A DNA stretch of 64,000 nt from Kondoa subrosea (lineage: Eukaryota). The stretch is from the NCBI GenBank assembly GCA_039545335.1, contig BCIN01000006.1, forward strand, positions 868,001 to 932,000, given 5' to 3'. The translations under genes were made by a program, and so were the position numbers. Within the stretch, counting starts at the first letter, position 1. Every line of letters starts with the position of its first letter. Shown one piece after another: positions 25,996-43,093 of this stretch. The notes under the pieces were generated by a model. It was not told the DNA's origin, made no database searches, and saw only the letters and a list, made by a program, of their open reading frames with translations.

Positions 25996-27365
25996 ATGAC
26001 ATCCACAAAAGCTCGAGACGGTATGTACTGATCATCTGAAGAGACTCTAGTACATACTCACAATTGGTACTAGCTTTCTTTGAAGAGCGCAACAAGTCTC
26101 TTCATTCCATCGTTCTTGCCTCTCTCGAACACAAAAATGGAAGCTGCGGTCAGCTTGAAGCTCCATATCTTAGTTGCTTGATCTAAATGCTGCACAGTGG
26201 ATATTCTTACCCTTCTTCGCGTTGATTAGCATTGGCGTAAATTGGCTGCTACCTTCCTCGCTCGGTGAGCTTTCACTTTCAGCCTTCGAACATTACATAA
26301 TGTACTCGACCGCAGCAAGTTTACTTCCACCAAAGTACCTAACGATGTTACTCTTTTGAAGAACAAACCTGTTGCCAATTCTGGTCATTATCTAGAAGTA
26401 CGCGATTTCGCTCGCATGTAGTCTAACACTGCTCAGGATTTGAAGCGGTGCACAGGTCTATCAAGCTCCTTATCTTGGATGCGAGCCTGCCAATGCTGAT
26501 CCTCGAGGTCGTTATCTAAAAGCTCCCAAAGCTCAAGAGATGCGCTACCTGACCTTGGCTGAAGAAGACTTCAATGCTGATACTTTGGTAAGCTCTCTTT
26601 TGTCAGGCGAAGCAAAGTATGGGAAGTCATCAAACATCCAGATGTGCAACTTTACACCTACCTTGCCCAACATGTGAGCGCATGTTTATATGTAGCACAA
26701 TGGAGCGACATTGACGTGGGGCAGGTTCACCAAGGATTGGAAGAAAGAAGATTGGGCGAAAGCCTGCCGTGATCTCAAGGCTGACAGATGTGGTATCGAA
26801 TTCCACATCAATGCCAATGATGAAGGCGAACCCTGGAGCGATGTGTCTTGCGTCGCTTTCTCAGTCATCTCTTCCGCTTGGTACGGTCTCGCTCGGTTGT
26901 AACAGTCTGTCCAAGACTGACAGAATTAATAAAGGTTCGCCAAAAAAGGTGCCGTCCAAAACAATGAAGACAAGCAGAAGAAGAAAGATTGCCCAAAGAA
27001 GAAAGAAACTTGGTTCTTGGACGAAAGCAAATTTCCCGTCGTCTACCCTGTCTATCCCTTGATCAAGGCGCCAAAAGGTTTCGACGTCGACGTCAACTTC
27101 TGCTGGTTTCGTTGATGAAACTCCTGGTTGCACGAAAGAGAACTACAAAAGAACTGGTGAAGAGAAAATCTTCGGAAGAGGCAAATTTAACTTTGGTATG
27201 GTCAACTTGGACATTATAATGGGCAGAAAACCCATGAAATCAGTCATGGGAATGGAAAGTACTGCCGGCTTGTTTCCTATTTCAGCTCAAGTTCATCTTC
27301 TCGACTTGTTCCGCTATCCAATCGAGAAAGACGAAGAGGGTGATTATGGAAAGACTCACTTCTGA
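25996..27365 (+). pseudogene. Probable decayed F-box-like gene
   Basis: The spliced start MTSTKARDAFFEERNKSLHSIVL...VDILTLLRVD*HWRKLAATFLAR has a TAG at 26227-26229. Later protein-like segments need frameshifts near 26535 and 27100. Confidence 0.45.
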
Positions 27366-27739
27366 AGTGCAGATAGTTAGTGCTTGTGTTTTGGGTACTT
27401 TGTCTGACGATCTGAATCCTCCCGTTTGCAGGACCATAAGTAATTTTACTGCGACAAATACATGCTTCATTTCTTCTGGGAAATGTGCAACCATACAACT
27501 CGAAATCTCTGCAATAACTACAGTACCGTGTGCTGACATTCCGGCTTCCCATTCTACTTTCCTTCTCTATTTGTGCTCTCTTGGGCACAACTGTCTGCTT
27601 CTGGTATCTTACCTTCGCCTGATCTGTCCTCCCCTTCATCTGCTATTACTATCAAAACGCGCTTTGACTTTCCCGCGAAAAGAAAACAACAATCTTTTGT
27701 TGATCGAGACTTTAATCTTCTCTTTCTCGTACAACCATC

Positions 27740-29281
27740 ATGGCCGTGGTCACAGTGAAAGCAGAGCCCATGGATGAGCAACTACCAGTCGAGATGCTGC
27801 AAGCGCGACCGGTGCCGCAAGGGGAAACTACAAAGAAACGGAAGCGCATAAAAGGCGAAAGCAAGAGAAAGCGCGTAAAGCTTGAGCAAGCTGAAGTCGA
27901 GCTAGAGCCGGTGGACGACCAGGTGAGTAGAGTTGTCGGGATCGATATATGTGATAATTAATTGAATGAAACCGAATAGGTTCCAGTGGAATATATCTCA
28001 TACGAAGTTGATGCACCTCAAAGGTCGCTCAGAAAGACAGCAGAACGCTTGTTACGGAAGACTTTGAATAGGAAAGAACGAGTTACTCGGCGCGCGCCTA
28101 TTGCAGAAGCTTTGGTTCAACCTTTGCCAGATGTAGTGGTCAAGCAAGAAGAAGGAGCTGCTCCGGGCGACTATGTTATTGGGTCAGATTCGGATATGAT
28201 ATGGAAAGTAGGACAGACTCAATGCAAGTGTGCTCCCAATGTAAAAGTGAGCTTGCATCAAATCCGCCTATGCGAGGTCAAATATTGATATGCTGTGCAG
28301 GTGCTTGGCAACAAAGCTTTGGTCAAATGCGCGGCGACTGAGACTGGGATCAATCATCTCTGGTTGTAAGGGATTCCTTCTGTCGCTCATGCTATACAGT
28401 CTCATCAAGATTCTAGCATAACACATCTCACATCCGGTAAACCATTTCCCAGCGAAGAAGTCCTGCAAAGCTGGAATTTCCTGAAGGACGTACGAGAGCT
28501 CTCAATCGGTGGATGCAAATTGAAGAACACGTCAGTTGTTTTGGCGCAGAGTCTCTTTGTCTTTAAAGATTTGCTCCCGTTCCTTCGCTACTTCTTCGCT
28601 ACACAAGAACGACTTGTCGCGCTCAACTTGGACTACTTCAAGTCAGATTCTCGCTTCCTGCTCCCTTCGGCACCCCCTCTTACACTTCTCAAAGTTCGCT
28701 TCACTTCTTGCAGTGCAGCAGATCTCGGTCAACTGCTCAGTCAATCAAGCACATCCTTGCGAACACTCAGCTGCTGTATTTATGGTGACTTTCTCAGCTG
28801 TGAAGCGCTGGCTCCGCTGCTGAAAAATCTCAGTGGACTGAAGGAACTCTGCTTGGAAATGTATTTGGGAAGCGACAACCAAGAATTTCTTTCTACCGGC
28901 GCTTCACAGATCTTCTCGTCAACTCGAGGTCTTGAGAGACTCTCTGTCCTACTTTCAGGCGTTACTTCTTTCCCTTCAACATTCCCTCAACTTCTCAGGG
29001 CGGAAACAGTAGCATTTGGATCAAGTCTGAAGCGTCTTGATCTGACTACGATCGATCTTGTCGGCTTAGAGTGGGCTCAACTTATAGCTGAAAGAAGATT
29101 TCCTCGTCTGGCTATTTTTTCAAGTCCAAGCTTCAAACGCCCGAGAAATGAAGCGGATGAAGAAATTGCAGTACAACGGGAAGTGCTGCTCACTATATGT
29201 GCACAGTCAGGAGTCGAGACTGTACCTTATGAATGCTATGAGTGTGTTATATCATTTAGCGCAGATTCGCGCTCGTGCTGA
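27740..29281 (+). CDS. Hypothetical protein: basic NLS-like N-terminus plus leucine-rich (RNI-like) domain
   Basis: KKRKRIKGESKRKRVK; repeats LRTLSC, LKELCL, LERLSV, LKRLDL. Three GT-AG introns, including 28366-28416, keep the frame open. Confidence 0.6.
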
Positions 29282-29405
29282 TTCGATCTACAGGTATTAT
29301 ACAAAGTGATTGGATGTCCGGCTTGAGAGGTTCCAATGTAGATAATGTGTAGGTTGATGTCGCGTAATCAATATTGTTGCGCTCGCTCGACGACAGAGCC
29401 TATGC

Positions 29406-32332
29406 ATGACTTCTGTGCAGCTTTCGCCCATTGTGACTCGCAAGCAGCAAACATGGCCAGATCCATCAGCTCTTGTGACTGCCAAAGAGATTGCAGAAGC
29501 AATGCGCTTTTATGACTCGCTCGAATCTCAGATAGACAGCAATTTGGATGTTCTGATTTCTGATAGAGCTCGCTTGAATGCTTTGCTGGATAATGTGGAT
29601 AGCATGCTGCCTGTGGTCGGGAATGTCCAAGTGGAAGCTCAGGAATTGGCTCAAAGGATTGATAACACCGCTCAAGTTGCAGAACGCATTAGTGGTCAAG
29701 TCAGACAACTGGACGAGGAGCAATCTAGGGTCACTGAATCTATCGAAATGGTACAAGCCGTGCAAGATCTCAAAACGGCTATTCATTCTATATCTATCTC
29801 TGTCGAGAAACACGATTGGGAGACGGCAACGAGGCATATTCAGCGAGCTACTTCTATAGACCAGAAGATTCTGTATAGCGAGTATGCTGCTGCAGTGGTC
29901 GTACGTAGCAGTCAATGTTGCTTTTCCCGAAGTATGGCTCATATTAGTTCAATCAGCCAACAAGTGAACTTCCGCAACCTCCACCTCAAACGCTTGAAGA
30001 CTTCCGGTCAGCTATGTTAGAGCGCTTCCTTCTAGAATTCGAGAAAGCTAGCAGCACAAGAGACGAAGCGAATACAAGCAGGTACTTTAAGCTGTTCCCT
30101 ATGATCAGTCATGAGAAAGAAGGCCTCAATGCGTACGCCAAGTTTGTCGGTACAATGATCAGCGGTCGTGTCAAAGCGCCTGTAAATCAAGCTTGTAAGG
30201 CTCTCAGTTGTCTTGTAGGTGTTCCGGGCTCATAAAGACCTTTCCTCAGCTACTTCGCCTTATTTCTTTTCCTCTAACCTTACGCCTATATTCGAGCAGA
30301 TCGCTCACATCATATCACAACATCAACCTGTAGTAGAAAAGTACTATGGGCAAGGGCGAATGTTGCCTGTAGCGGAGGTTCTACAGCAAGAGTGTGATCG
30401 GCAAGCAGCTTCTATTCTGGAGAATTGGTTCGAGGAGCGACGGATCTCCAAGAAACTGATTGAAATCCGATTGCATCGCTTCACTTTCCTAACTTCACTC
30501 ATTACCAATACTGCTACTTTGACTGCGACAGCAAATCAATCTGGAGTATCTACACCTCTGACTTTCGCTAACGCTCCTCTCAACATTAAAGCGTTAAACG
30601 CATCTCTTCGCCAAGTCACTTCATCTCCTTCTGCTCCTCAGGCAAGTGCTGCATCGGTACCAGAAGAAGACACGATCGACCCGCGCGAGATCGATGCTGT
30701 TCTGGCTGAGTTGGGTCAAATGAGCGGAAGATGGGAGCTATACCGCCGTTTCCTCTACTCGCGTTTGACAGTAAGCTATTAGATAGTCAGTCATTTGCGA
30801 TCGGTGCTAATCTGTGGCGCAGGGCGAAGAGTCAGCCGTTGTGCCAGAAGATCAAGAAGAGCATCTGACAAGTACCGTGCACTCGAACGGCGGATCTGCT
30901 TTAGCAACAGCAACTTCTTTGACTCGCTCGAATGAAGAGCAAGAAGAACCGCGACTCGATGCAATAGAAGACAGTTCTTTCCGCTCAACTCTTTATAGTC
31001 AACTTCAAACAGTCTACGAACCTATGGAACAGTGGTATCTCCGAATATCGATCGAGAAAGCTCATTTCCTAGACGAACCCGATCTTACCGCTCAACCCAT
31101 CATTTCATCCGTACTGGACGACACTTTCTTCCTACTGAAGAAGATTATTGGGCGAATAGTCGGGACGGGAAATGTGCAAGTTCTATCCAGTATGAGCAGA
31201 ACGATTCGAACGATCATGGAAAGAGATTTCGCTCAAGTGTTACGGAAGAGAATGGAAAGCGTCTTCACATTGTTAGGCTCTAACCCTGGTCGCGCGGATG
31301 AGAAAGAGAAAAGGGAGAGAGAAGCTCGCTTGATGTATACTGTAAGGCTCGAATTTGTCCATCACCAAGTTTTCAATGCTGATAGGCAAGCAGGGCTATG
31401 TAAACGACCTTGATCTGGCTGGCGATTATATTGTGCGGGTTACAGCGGATTTCCTGCAAGAAGCTGCCTTAGAACAGCAATACTGTCTTGAATCGGAAAG
31501 GAAAGAAGCACGTCTGGCTCTCAAACAGATTCAGCGTTTGGAAGACAACTTCCGAACTGTACTCAAGGTGAGTTACTCTATACTTCAGCTGTCAATACAT
31601 GCTAAACAGGATTCAGGCTGGACTCGACCAACTCTTCAACCAGCTACTGAGACCTCGATTACGTCCTGCTATTTTGGAATGCTATAAAGACATCAGCTAT
31701 ACTTTAGATGAAGATGGATACGCCGAATCAGAGTACAACGATTCCGTTCGGAAGCGTTTCATCCGAGTCTGGGAGAGTCTGACCTCAAGCTACCGAGTAA
31801 GTTCCTGTTTTCATCCCGATTCCTTTCTCAAATGACCCGCTTTTGAAAGGAAACTATGACTGAACCTAACTATCGGATTCTCTTTGGCTCTATACTGTCC
31901 GGTATTGTTCGGCCATGGGAAGCCACTATCAGAGGAATGAAATTCACCGAAGTGAGTTCTCTCGGCAGAGACCGAGAATCGAGTCCAGCTCTAACATTAC
32001 CTCCAGCTGGGCGCATTACGTTATGACCGAGATCTTCGGTCTATCGTTTCCTACTTATCTGCCCAAACTCCATTTGGCGTTGGCGTGTTGAAAGATGCGT
32101 TTGCACGATTACAGCAAATAGCTACTTTACTCAGTACTGCAGTAAGTCTTCCCCTCAAGCTTGCGCATGCGAGGCTCAGTAATTGCAATAGCCCGAGGAT
32201 GTTGCTGAATTGCCAACATCAAGCGGATGGAGGCTGAATCACGCGGAAGTCAATAGCATACTCACCTTAAAGTATGTCTGTGGTTTTGTTCATGACACGC
32301 CTTTGCTGATACTCGATATGACCAGGGTTTAA
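29406..32332 (+). CDS. COG4: Conserved oligomeric Golgi complex subunit 4
   Basis: AERISGQVRQLDEEQSRV, DWETATRHIQRA, SRYFKLFPMI, FEQIAHIISQHQPVVEKYYGQG, WYLRISIEKAH.LDE, GLDQLFNQLLRPRLR, MKFTELGALRYDRDLR, FARLQQI. Confidence 0.92.
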
Positions 32333-32792
32333 GAGCAACGAATGTCTCGTATGGACTTTCTCGTCGTCGACTTGTGAACAAAGCCGCCTTATCGAGGGAT
32401 GACAAATTCACAAACGCGATCGATGCAGGCCGATATTAGACGAGGACTCAGCTGCAGACGGCTGAATCATCCCAGAGCGACCCGGCCAAGAGCATCATCG
32501 GAGAACCTGAAATCTGGAGCGCCGGAGTACATGGGTTCCGCTTGTAGCATTTTTTAGATAGTCAGCGATGGCTTCGGAGTCTTTCAATTTCCATCCGAAC
32601 GCATTCGAGTTAGTCAGCGTAATTCGTCAAGAAATATTTAGCTTGCTTGCATCCATACCACGACCTTCGAATTAAGCTGAGGCATGCTACACACGAGGAG
32701 GTAGCATTGGTCTCTACACTGGGCTGTGCTTTCTTCCTATCTCTGTTGACGACACACCGCTCTAGCTCTTTACGAACAATCGCTAGAAAGTC

Positions 32793-34937
32793 ATGGGAAA
32801 TAATCCTTCAAGGGGTGCTAGTGGTGGAGGCACAGAGACGCCGAAAGTAGCCTCTACCAGTGGACAAGGAGCTGCCGTGCTTACATCGACTGCTGCTTGT
32901 GATGGAGGGCATCTGATTCCAATGTCCGGAACCTATCCAGCTGTCGCCCAGGAATGGGACAAGATAGCTGTAGCTCGAATGATCCTCAATCGTCAACTAG
33001 CACCCTTCTACCGTGGTCTGCAAGATGAATTTGAATCGCTCGAAGAAGCAGACTCCGACTTATTCGCCGAGGACAGTGCAATCGCTGACGATAGTGTTCA
33101 AGCTCAGCAAAAGGAAGCACAACGGAAAGCAAAGACCAAAGAACTGGCTGCCTTGCTGGAAGAAGTCGGCATCAAGGAGGGACAGGAAAGCGTCGGCGAT
33201 CAGAGTTTTGCTGGTCATAGGCATAGAGAACCGTCAAGTCGAAGGAAAGCGGAGAATGAATTCTATCTACGTGGTACAACAGAATGCCCTATTTGCATGC
33301 TGTAAGTCGTAGCAACTTTAAGGTTGGAAGATTAGCTTAATTGCTTTGCTCAGCAACTTTCCTTCCAATATCAATACCTCTCGTTGCTGCGATCAGCCAA
33401 TATGTACCGAATGTCTTGTTCAGATTCATCGCCTGGAGCCTACTGTGCAGCATATAGACGTGCGTAGCGGATGATCTTTGTGTTGCATAGCAGCTCAGAC
33501 CGGAACGTTTACGGACAGTCTGAACCCGTTGCATGTCCTTATTGCGTGGAACCAGACTTCGGAGTCTATTATAAGCCTCCCGCACCGATGAATCGCCGCG
33601 ACACTAAAGGCCATGCCCTAAAAGTTGACGAAGGCAGTGCTTTCTCGGTAAGCTTGTTCGAACGTAATCTGCGATCACGCTAATGCGCTTTTTAGATACG
33701 AAGTGCTGCAATAGGACCATCTTCTCCGAGTGTTGGCATGGCTACCAGTCCTTCGTCCAATCGAGCATTAAACGAACCTCGCCGGAAGTCGATGTCAGCA
33801 ACAGGTGAGCAAAGCAATCGAGCTTCGGATTATTCGTCTGATGTCTCTTTTTGCTTGTGTATAGCACCCGAAGTCGTTACTATTGATCAGATCTACCCGA
33901 ATTGGCAAGATAAAGTTGAAGCAGTAAAAGCCACTATCGCTCGAAGGGCACAAAGAAGGATCGTCTTCCAGAATGTGGATGGTCGAATGATACCTATCGG
34001 AGTTACTGGAACAAGAGATCTTGCCGCAATGGTTGCCCAAGCTCAAGCTTCAGCTACTTCTGGAGGAGATGGCGCATCTTCACCTGGTCGGTCTTCCAGA
34101 CGAGGCAGGAGAAGTCGAAGTGATGCCAGAGCTCCTGATTACGGTCAAGAGTGAGTCTAACTTCCATCTCGCGCTTGAATGCTGATTATTGGAAATAGTT
34201 TGGAGGACCTGATGATGAATGAAGCCATTCGGCTGAGTTTGCTTGAAGCAGAGGAAGCAGAGAAGAAGCGTAAAGCGGAAGAAGCTAAGAAAGCCTCACA
34301 GACATCCAATGATGCGTCTTCTTCGGCAGCTCCTTTGTCAAATACCTCTTCTTCCACTAGCAGTGCCGTGCAATCCGGTACTGCTAGCCCGCAATATCAC
34401 AGATCCTCCTCTCCAGAAAGAGAAGCAGCTCTAGCCAGCGCAGTACAGACCTCTCTACTTCCTTCGATGCAAGACCTTGATCTAAACAATACAACTTCAA
34501 GAAGTCGATCAAACTCGCAACATCTTTCACAACCTATCTCATCTATTCCTACTGCTCCCTCAGCTGTTCCTCCTTACCTTCAAACTACGACTGTCAACAG
34601 CGCAATGGTACCAGATATTCCGATATCAAATGGTCATCCTATCTCTTCTTTACCAATTTCAAGCTCATATGGCGACGCTTCTTCTATGGCTAGCTACTCT
34701 CCATCGTCTATTGCAGCTCCGATTGAGCCTCGAATCTCCCGAACGAGACCATTGGCTACAAGAACGGAAACGGATATACCTGACACTCCTGTTAGCGAAA
34801 TGGGGGAAGAAGACTATGGCTACGGTGAATACGCTCAATTGCATGATGACGACGAGGATGGAGAAGAGGAAGAAGAGCAATCAGCAGCTAAGAGGCCTGC
34901 GGTGGTCAGTCGACCGAGTGATCTGATTCAGATGTGA
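32793..34937 (+). CDS. SIP5: Sip5-like RING-type zinc-finger protein
   Basis: MGNNPSR start, [71 protein letters not shown]-like [16 protein letters not shown]. Confidence 0.85.
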
Positions 34938-35450
34938 TGGACGATTGTGTTTTTAGCATGATTTGTATGACTTAGAGCAGACACGATATGATTGTAAATC
35001 CAGACTATTACTCCTGTAGCATAACGAGAGGAGAGATTGCTAGCCTCGGCTCAACTCCCGAATCTCACTCGGTTGCTTCAAGTCAACGAAGCTGAGTCTC
35101 CTTTGGTGTATCAGTTGGCCCTACAGCTTCGCCCGCACAGCTTGACACCCTTCCATTCCTTTGGTCAATCCCGTATTTCGAAGGGCTTGCCCAAAACCAG
35201 CGCGAACCTTGTGCTGTCTCAATCCGATCACAACGCCCTCACGCTCTCATCTTACACCCTCAAGACACCTCTAGTAGACTCGACAGATCATTACAAGGCT
35301 CTGGGCGGTCCATTTCAACGAAAACAACTCGCGTGAACTAGACATCGATAGAATCTCGACTGTGTTGCGCCTATTACTTGTTCTACAAGCCTCAGAGTGT
35401 GATATTAGACATCTGAGCTACTTCGGTCTGCTATATTCAGTGGAAACAAC

Positions 35451-38361
<2,911 letters not shown>

Positions 38362-38514
38362 TTGGGAGCACAGCAAGGTATCAAGGGAACAGAACTGATA
38401 GCCTTCATGAATGTGTATATTAGACTAGAGTTTGCATACTCTTTGTCCTGTAAATTAAATGCACGGTTATATAGTTGCTAGTCAACTGGTATCATATACA
38501 AGGACTTTCTCTTA

Positions 38515-40303
38515 TTAGGATGCTTTGCTCTCGCCAAAATAATGAATCGCCGCCTCTTTGACTCCTTCAAGTACGCACTTCACCAATTCTTCTTCATAGA
38601 CCCTTGCATCGTACTGCACTCGGAACCGCAGACTTCCTCTCCAGCTATCAGCTATAACATAGAACTCTGTTGGCCTTGTCCGCAAATGTGTTTCAATATC
38701 TTCGATCGCAAAGACTTGTTCTTGCGAGTGAGAATAGCTTTGGGGCAAGTAATTATCAACTACACCCCAAGAAGAGACGATGCTGAAGGTAAAGTATAAG
38801 CGATTGTCATTCCTCAACAAGAATGAACTGACTGAGCAAAAGTAAAGGGCTCGCTTTTGGAACGACTTGATGCTTGAGCAGCTGCTTTGGGTTCTTCCCC
38901 GAGTACAGTCTGTTCCGCTGTCCCCTCATAGATCGCAACCACTCGTTCAGCATGGGCTGTTCTCGTCAAGCCAAATTCATTGCAGATGGCCAACACTTTG
39001 GTCAAGATATTCATTATTCAAGGTTACAGCATAAGCATAGTAACTCACTGAGCGGATGTTTAAGAAAATCTCGATTGTATTGTGTCTTGATCATGTGCGA
39101 GCGATGTAAGAATCGGGATAGAGGTAGAAGTGAATCAAAAGTAGGTGAACCGGAAGAAGAAGAAGATTGACGAGGGATCGGGGGAAGAGTTGCGTCTGTA
39201 TAGCCAATACAGCAGAGAACTTGCGATTCTCTACCTTTCCATTCATCCAAATAATTCCTTAGCGATGCAGGCCCCCCTGAATCAAGACTCATTAAGGACT
39301 CTTCTCGAATCCATCTGTGTCCAAGCACTCACCTATGTGCCAAGGTGATCTTAGACGCTTTGTCCACTCTTGATCTTGTTTGTACTTTTCAAAAGAAAAG
39401 ATTGCCTTCGAGATGGCGACCTGACATAGAACTGGCAAAACTGAGCCAAAAGTAAAACCTGCTACTTTGCATTGACGAATGATTGTAGCGCTGGTTTGCT
39501 CATCGATAATGACTCGACAATGAGCAGATTTAGCCGGAGTGGTATGTGTTTCGTGTGTTACTGTTCGAGGAAGAGATGAACCACCCTGCATAGCAAGTAT
39601 AAGCTTGATCTAATGCAATATAGAGGACAAAAATGACCTGCCGCTGCGTTCCCCTTTTCCTAAACAAGTATTTACCGACAGTAGTTTGCCAGCTGTACTT
39701 ATTGCCCAGTTGCTGTTTGATCAATGCATCTTGAGCAGGAACCATTTTAAGCGTTTCTGACAAGTCTGCTTGAGTGATTGTGTCGATTTGCGTGTCCGCT
39801 GCTAATGCTGTACAGAAGGCTTTTGCAACGAGTATGCTGGAAATGCCATCACCTATTGAGTGAGAAAGAAGAAAGAACAGTTCGAAGCTGGGAGAAGTAG
39901 GCTCCAAGATAGCGAAACAGCGCGATTGATGATCATTGTCCAAGTCCCTCGTAGATCCTAACAACTTTTGGACTAGCTTATCTCCTGCTTGCTCGCCTTG
40001 CACAACATGCACCGAGTCTGCCAAGATCTGCTCTGCTGAAATAGAGAATTTTACTTCTGACCCAACCTTGGCGGGAATGATTCGAGTAGCCAACATAGGT
40101 AATGCTCTTCTCGTACACGACCAAGCAGCATTCAACTTCTCTTGCGTGAGTATAAAGTCTTTCTTCTTCTTTAACGTCAGACGAGTAAAGTTGTCTGCTG
40201 TACCATTGAATCGAGCATCCAGATAGAACTTGTACTCCAATGCACCGAGGTTTCGTTCGAAAGTCTTCCCGTCAATTAGAAGGGTCCAACTTCCGTTTGG
40301 CAT
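38515..40303 (-). CDS. CoA-dependent acyltransferase (alcohol acetyltransferase/condensation-like fold)
   Basis: FERNLGALE, AWSCTRRALPMLA and the HxxxDG motif (LSHSIGDG), followed by multi-exon C-terminal segments (GGPASLRNYL, RTRPTEFY, LRFRVQYDARVY). Confidence 0.65.
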
Positions 40304-40848
40304 ATTCGTTAGCAGTGAATTGACTTGTCGCAACCAAAAACAAGCAGGCAGAGACGGAAGAACGGCGAAGCACTGCTGAAAATGCAGCGCAGTGTGTACG
40401 GAAAATTGTCAAATGTCCAGCTGTAAGAGCGGCAGAACAGAAAGGGAGTCCTGTCTAGGGTATTGTAGCCTCTTTGGTTATACGGAATCCGGATATCTGT
40501 ATTGGCTTGCAGACGCCGTAAGCGAAAGACTTCACGTTTTCCGCAAACCATGAGCAACATCGAGCAGACAGTATGTATGAGCTGCCCTACACCGTAGCCT
40601 TAGACTTACATACGCTATAGATCAAAGCAAAAGAGCGCGGCAATGAGGAAGCGAGTCATATTCATGCAATCCGCCTTTCGTCAACTTACGTAATCCGCTT
40701 TAATTGTAGGCTTACATCGCTGAGCGCGAACGGGAGAAACGCGAGAAGATGAAAGCATCATCCAATACTACAACCAAACCAGACGAGGGAGGAGAGAAGA
40801 ACTCAAAGGCTTGAAAACCCCGAATGCGATTGCATTATATATCAATTA

Positions 40849-42774
40849 TCAGTCATACTTCTTTGTCCCTAGCCTGCTCGGCACCAATCCAGCAATTGCT
40901 AATGTTTCCAGTAATTGAGCTCGATCCTGTTTCGTTTTCTCATTCTGCAGATAATCCTTCAACATACTTGAAGCTTGAGTTCGTAGTCGTAAAGCTGCAT
41001 GCACTGAAGCGTCATCCGTCCAGAGACCTATGAGCACTCTCCAAGATGCCAAGAGTCGTTTACTGTGATTATAGTTGCTATCAATAAGTGATGTATGGCC
41101 TTGCGCTAACGCCCAGACACTGCAAACTATTTCAGCGCGTCATTCCTAGCCTCGAGATAATGCTCACAAGGCGAAAGATAGTATAGCTCCCGCAAGCGAG
41201 GGGAGTGCATATAGCCAAAGAGTGAAGAAACAGGTAATGTAGATGAAGAACAGAGATAACATGCCAAGGACGATCTTATTTTCTATGATCAACACCAATC
41301 GGCAATGACCTAATAGCAAACAGCAAGATAACGCACGAGCCCAGCATTCTTCCTCTATTGGGTTAAACTTCTTCTGACTCCATTTGCCCAAGAAATAGAT
41401 TGGCCAATGTAAGGTTAAGGGAAAGATGAAGATAGGTAGAGAAAACATGCAAGCCAATGTTGCTTTGACTAACGGCAGTAATGCTTCCAGCCGTGTTGGT
41501 ATTGGTACATCGGCTTTTGGGTCGAGAGGTTTAGGTAGATGATATGCTACCAGAGAGGCGTTGGAGAGATGTGCTTCGTGAAGAGTATCGTGCAGCTGAA
41601 TCAAGGTTTCGCTCAATTGATCTCGTCGCTGATCTTCTGCTGGATCTTCGAAGAGGTCAATAAGGCTAATAATGGCCTTGAGCATGATCTTGAGCATCAA
41701 TTCAGTGCAACACACCTTTGTAAGAGATTCCTGTACTGATCTCGCCGTATCTCATGTACATGGTCAAAAAGTAATTCTCGAGCCATTTGAGCAGCATTAT
41801 ATGATTTCCTATCGAAAGTATCAGCCTACTCGTGGACATCATAGAGACAAACTGACCAGTCTTTGGCGTTCACTGTTACGGAACGCATTCTGGTTTCGAC
41901 TTCTTTCGTCAATCGCTTGACCGCTGTTTTCGCATCACCGGTCAAGAATTCTTCTACATAGTCTTCTATTGATATTGCAGGGGCGAATCTAAGATGAATT
42001 AGTGAAGCAAATTAATGTTCTGGTCGACCTACTGCATGATGACGCTCGTTCTATAGCGAGATTTCCTTGTGTAGGTTATTCCAGCAACAGCAATCTTGAC
42101 ATCCTGTGCGTCTGTTCTTTTCCCATCTGAAGTACTGTTGCCTTCCTGTCTGAGATTCTTTGCATACTCCAGCGCAGTCTGTAACCTTCGTCAGGTCTAG
42201 CCCATAAAGTGACAATAAGGTAGACCAACCCAACTCAGCCCATCTTTGAGCGGTAAAAGACCAGGAACGTGTAATGATGTTCCTTCAGGGAAGACAGCTA
42301 CGCATTCTCCAAGCTTGAAAACATCGAAAGTAGAAGCATATAAAGCTTGATTGTCTTTAACTGAACCAGTTCTCGCTACTGGTAGATTCCCAGAATCCAA
42401 TAAGATGGCGCGAACGAGCTTATTCTTGAAAAGAGAATCCTTCGACCAGCTGCCAAAGCGTGATCACACTTCAGAGCGTCCCACACTTTGATATTCATAT
42501 GCAGCGCTCACTAATGAAGTTTTCGATCATGTGGGAAGTAGCCAGATAGGATCACAGGATCTACAGTCATACAGCAATGATTGGAAGCAGCCAACAATGG
42601 GCCTGGGATGGAATCAACAGGTAATGTCAATACTTGCGCGAGACAAGCTTTCGAGAGCAGCGCACCATCTTCTGGGACATTATCTGCATTCAGAACAGTG
42701 CAGTCTTGGTAGAAAGCATCCGCTGCAGCCCTCGCTAGCCAGCGAATGATAGTGTGGGTTGGTCCAAAGGGCAT
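40849..42774 (-). CDS. Glycerol-3-phosphate/DHAP O-acyltransferase (Sct1/Gpt2-like), intact copy
   Basis: NVPEDGPLLAASNHCCMTVDP (HxxxxD), LHYWSKDSLF, GNLPVAR, AVFPEGTS, LKDGLSW, GITYTRKSRYR and C-terminal TM helices. The splice junctions I checked keep the frame. Confidence 0.85.
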
Positions 42775-42886
42775 CTCTTCAACTCATGCACCAGCTCGTG
42801 TTGGACTGCTAGGGTATACACCAGTCTAGGTCTGGTATACTGCTGTGTATGAAGTGCTAGAAGATGACCGATCCAAGTCAACAGGC
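41255..42886. repeat. ~1.63-kb direct repeat, copy A (5' ~80% of GPAT plus ~110 bp upstream)
   Basis: Matches 46365-47991 at a core offset of 5109 nt; the ORF track shows identical translations. Confidence 0.95.
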
Positions 42887-43093
42887 TGAGGACATCGCTA
42901 TGCTTTTAAGAGCTTTCAACGATGCGACCGAATTCGGAACGGATTACGGTTTTAGATAAATCAGCAGCAGAAACGGAAGGAGCTATGGAAAGTCTAGATT
43001 GGGATGAAGAAGAAGAAGGAAAGAACATGCAATGCAGAGGACAGCAGTCAAAGAGCCTATTACTCATACTGCCATCCGCTAACTATCACCTGA

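Noticed and set aside
15430..26229. Stop-codon reassignment as an explanation for the internal TGA/TAG codons
   Set aside because: TAA, TAG and TGA all terminate conserved genes here, and I saw no internal stops in the conserved exons I translated. The internal stops are sporadic.
28366..28416. Apparent in-frame TAA (28367-28369) in the LRR gene
   Set aside because: It falls inside a 51-nt GTAAGG...CTCAT...TAG intron of typical size whose removal preserves the frame.
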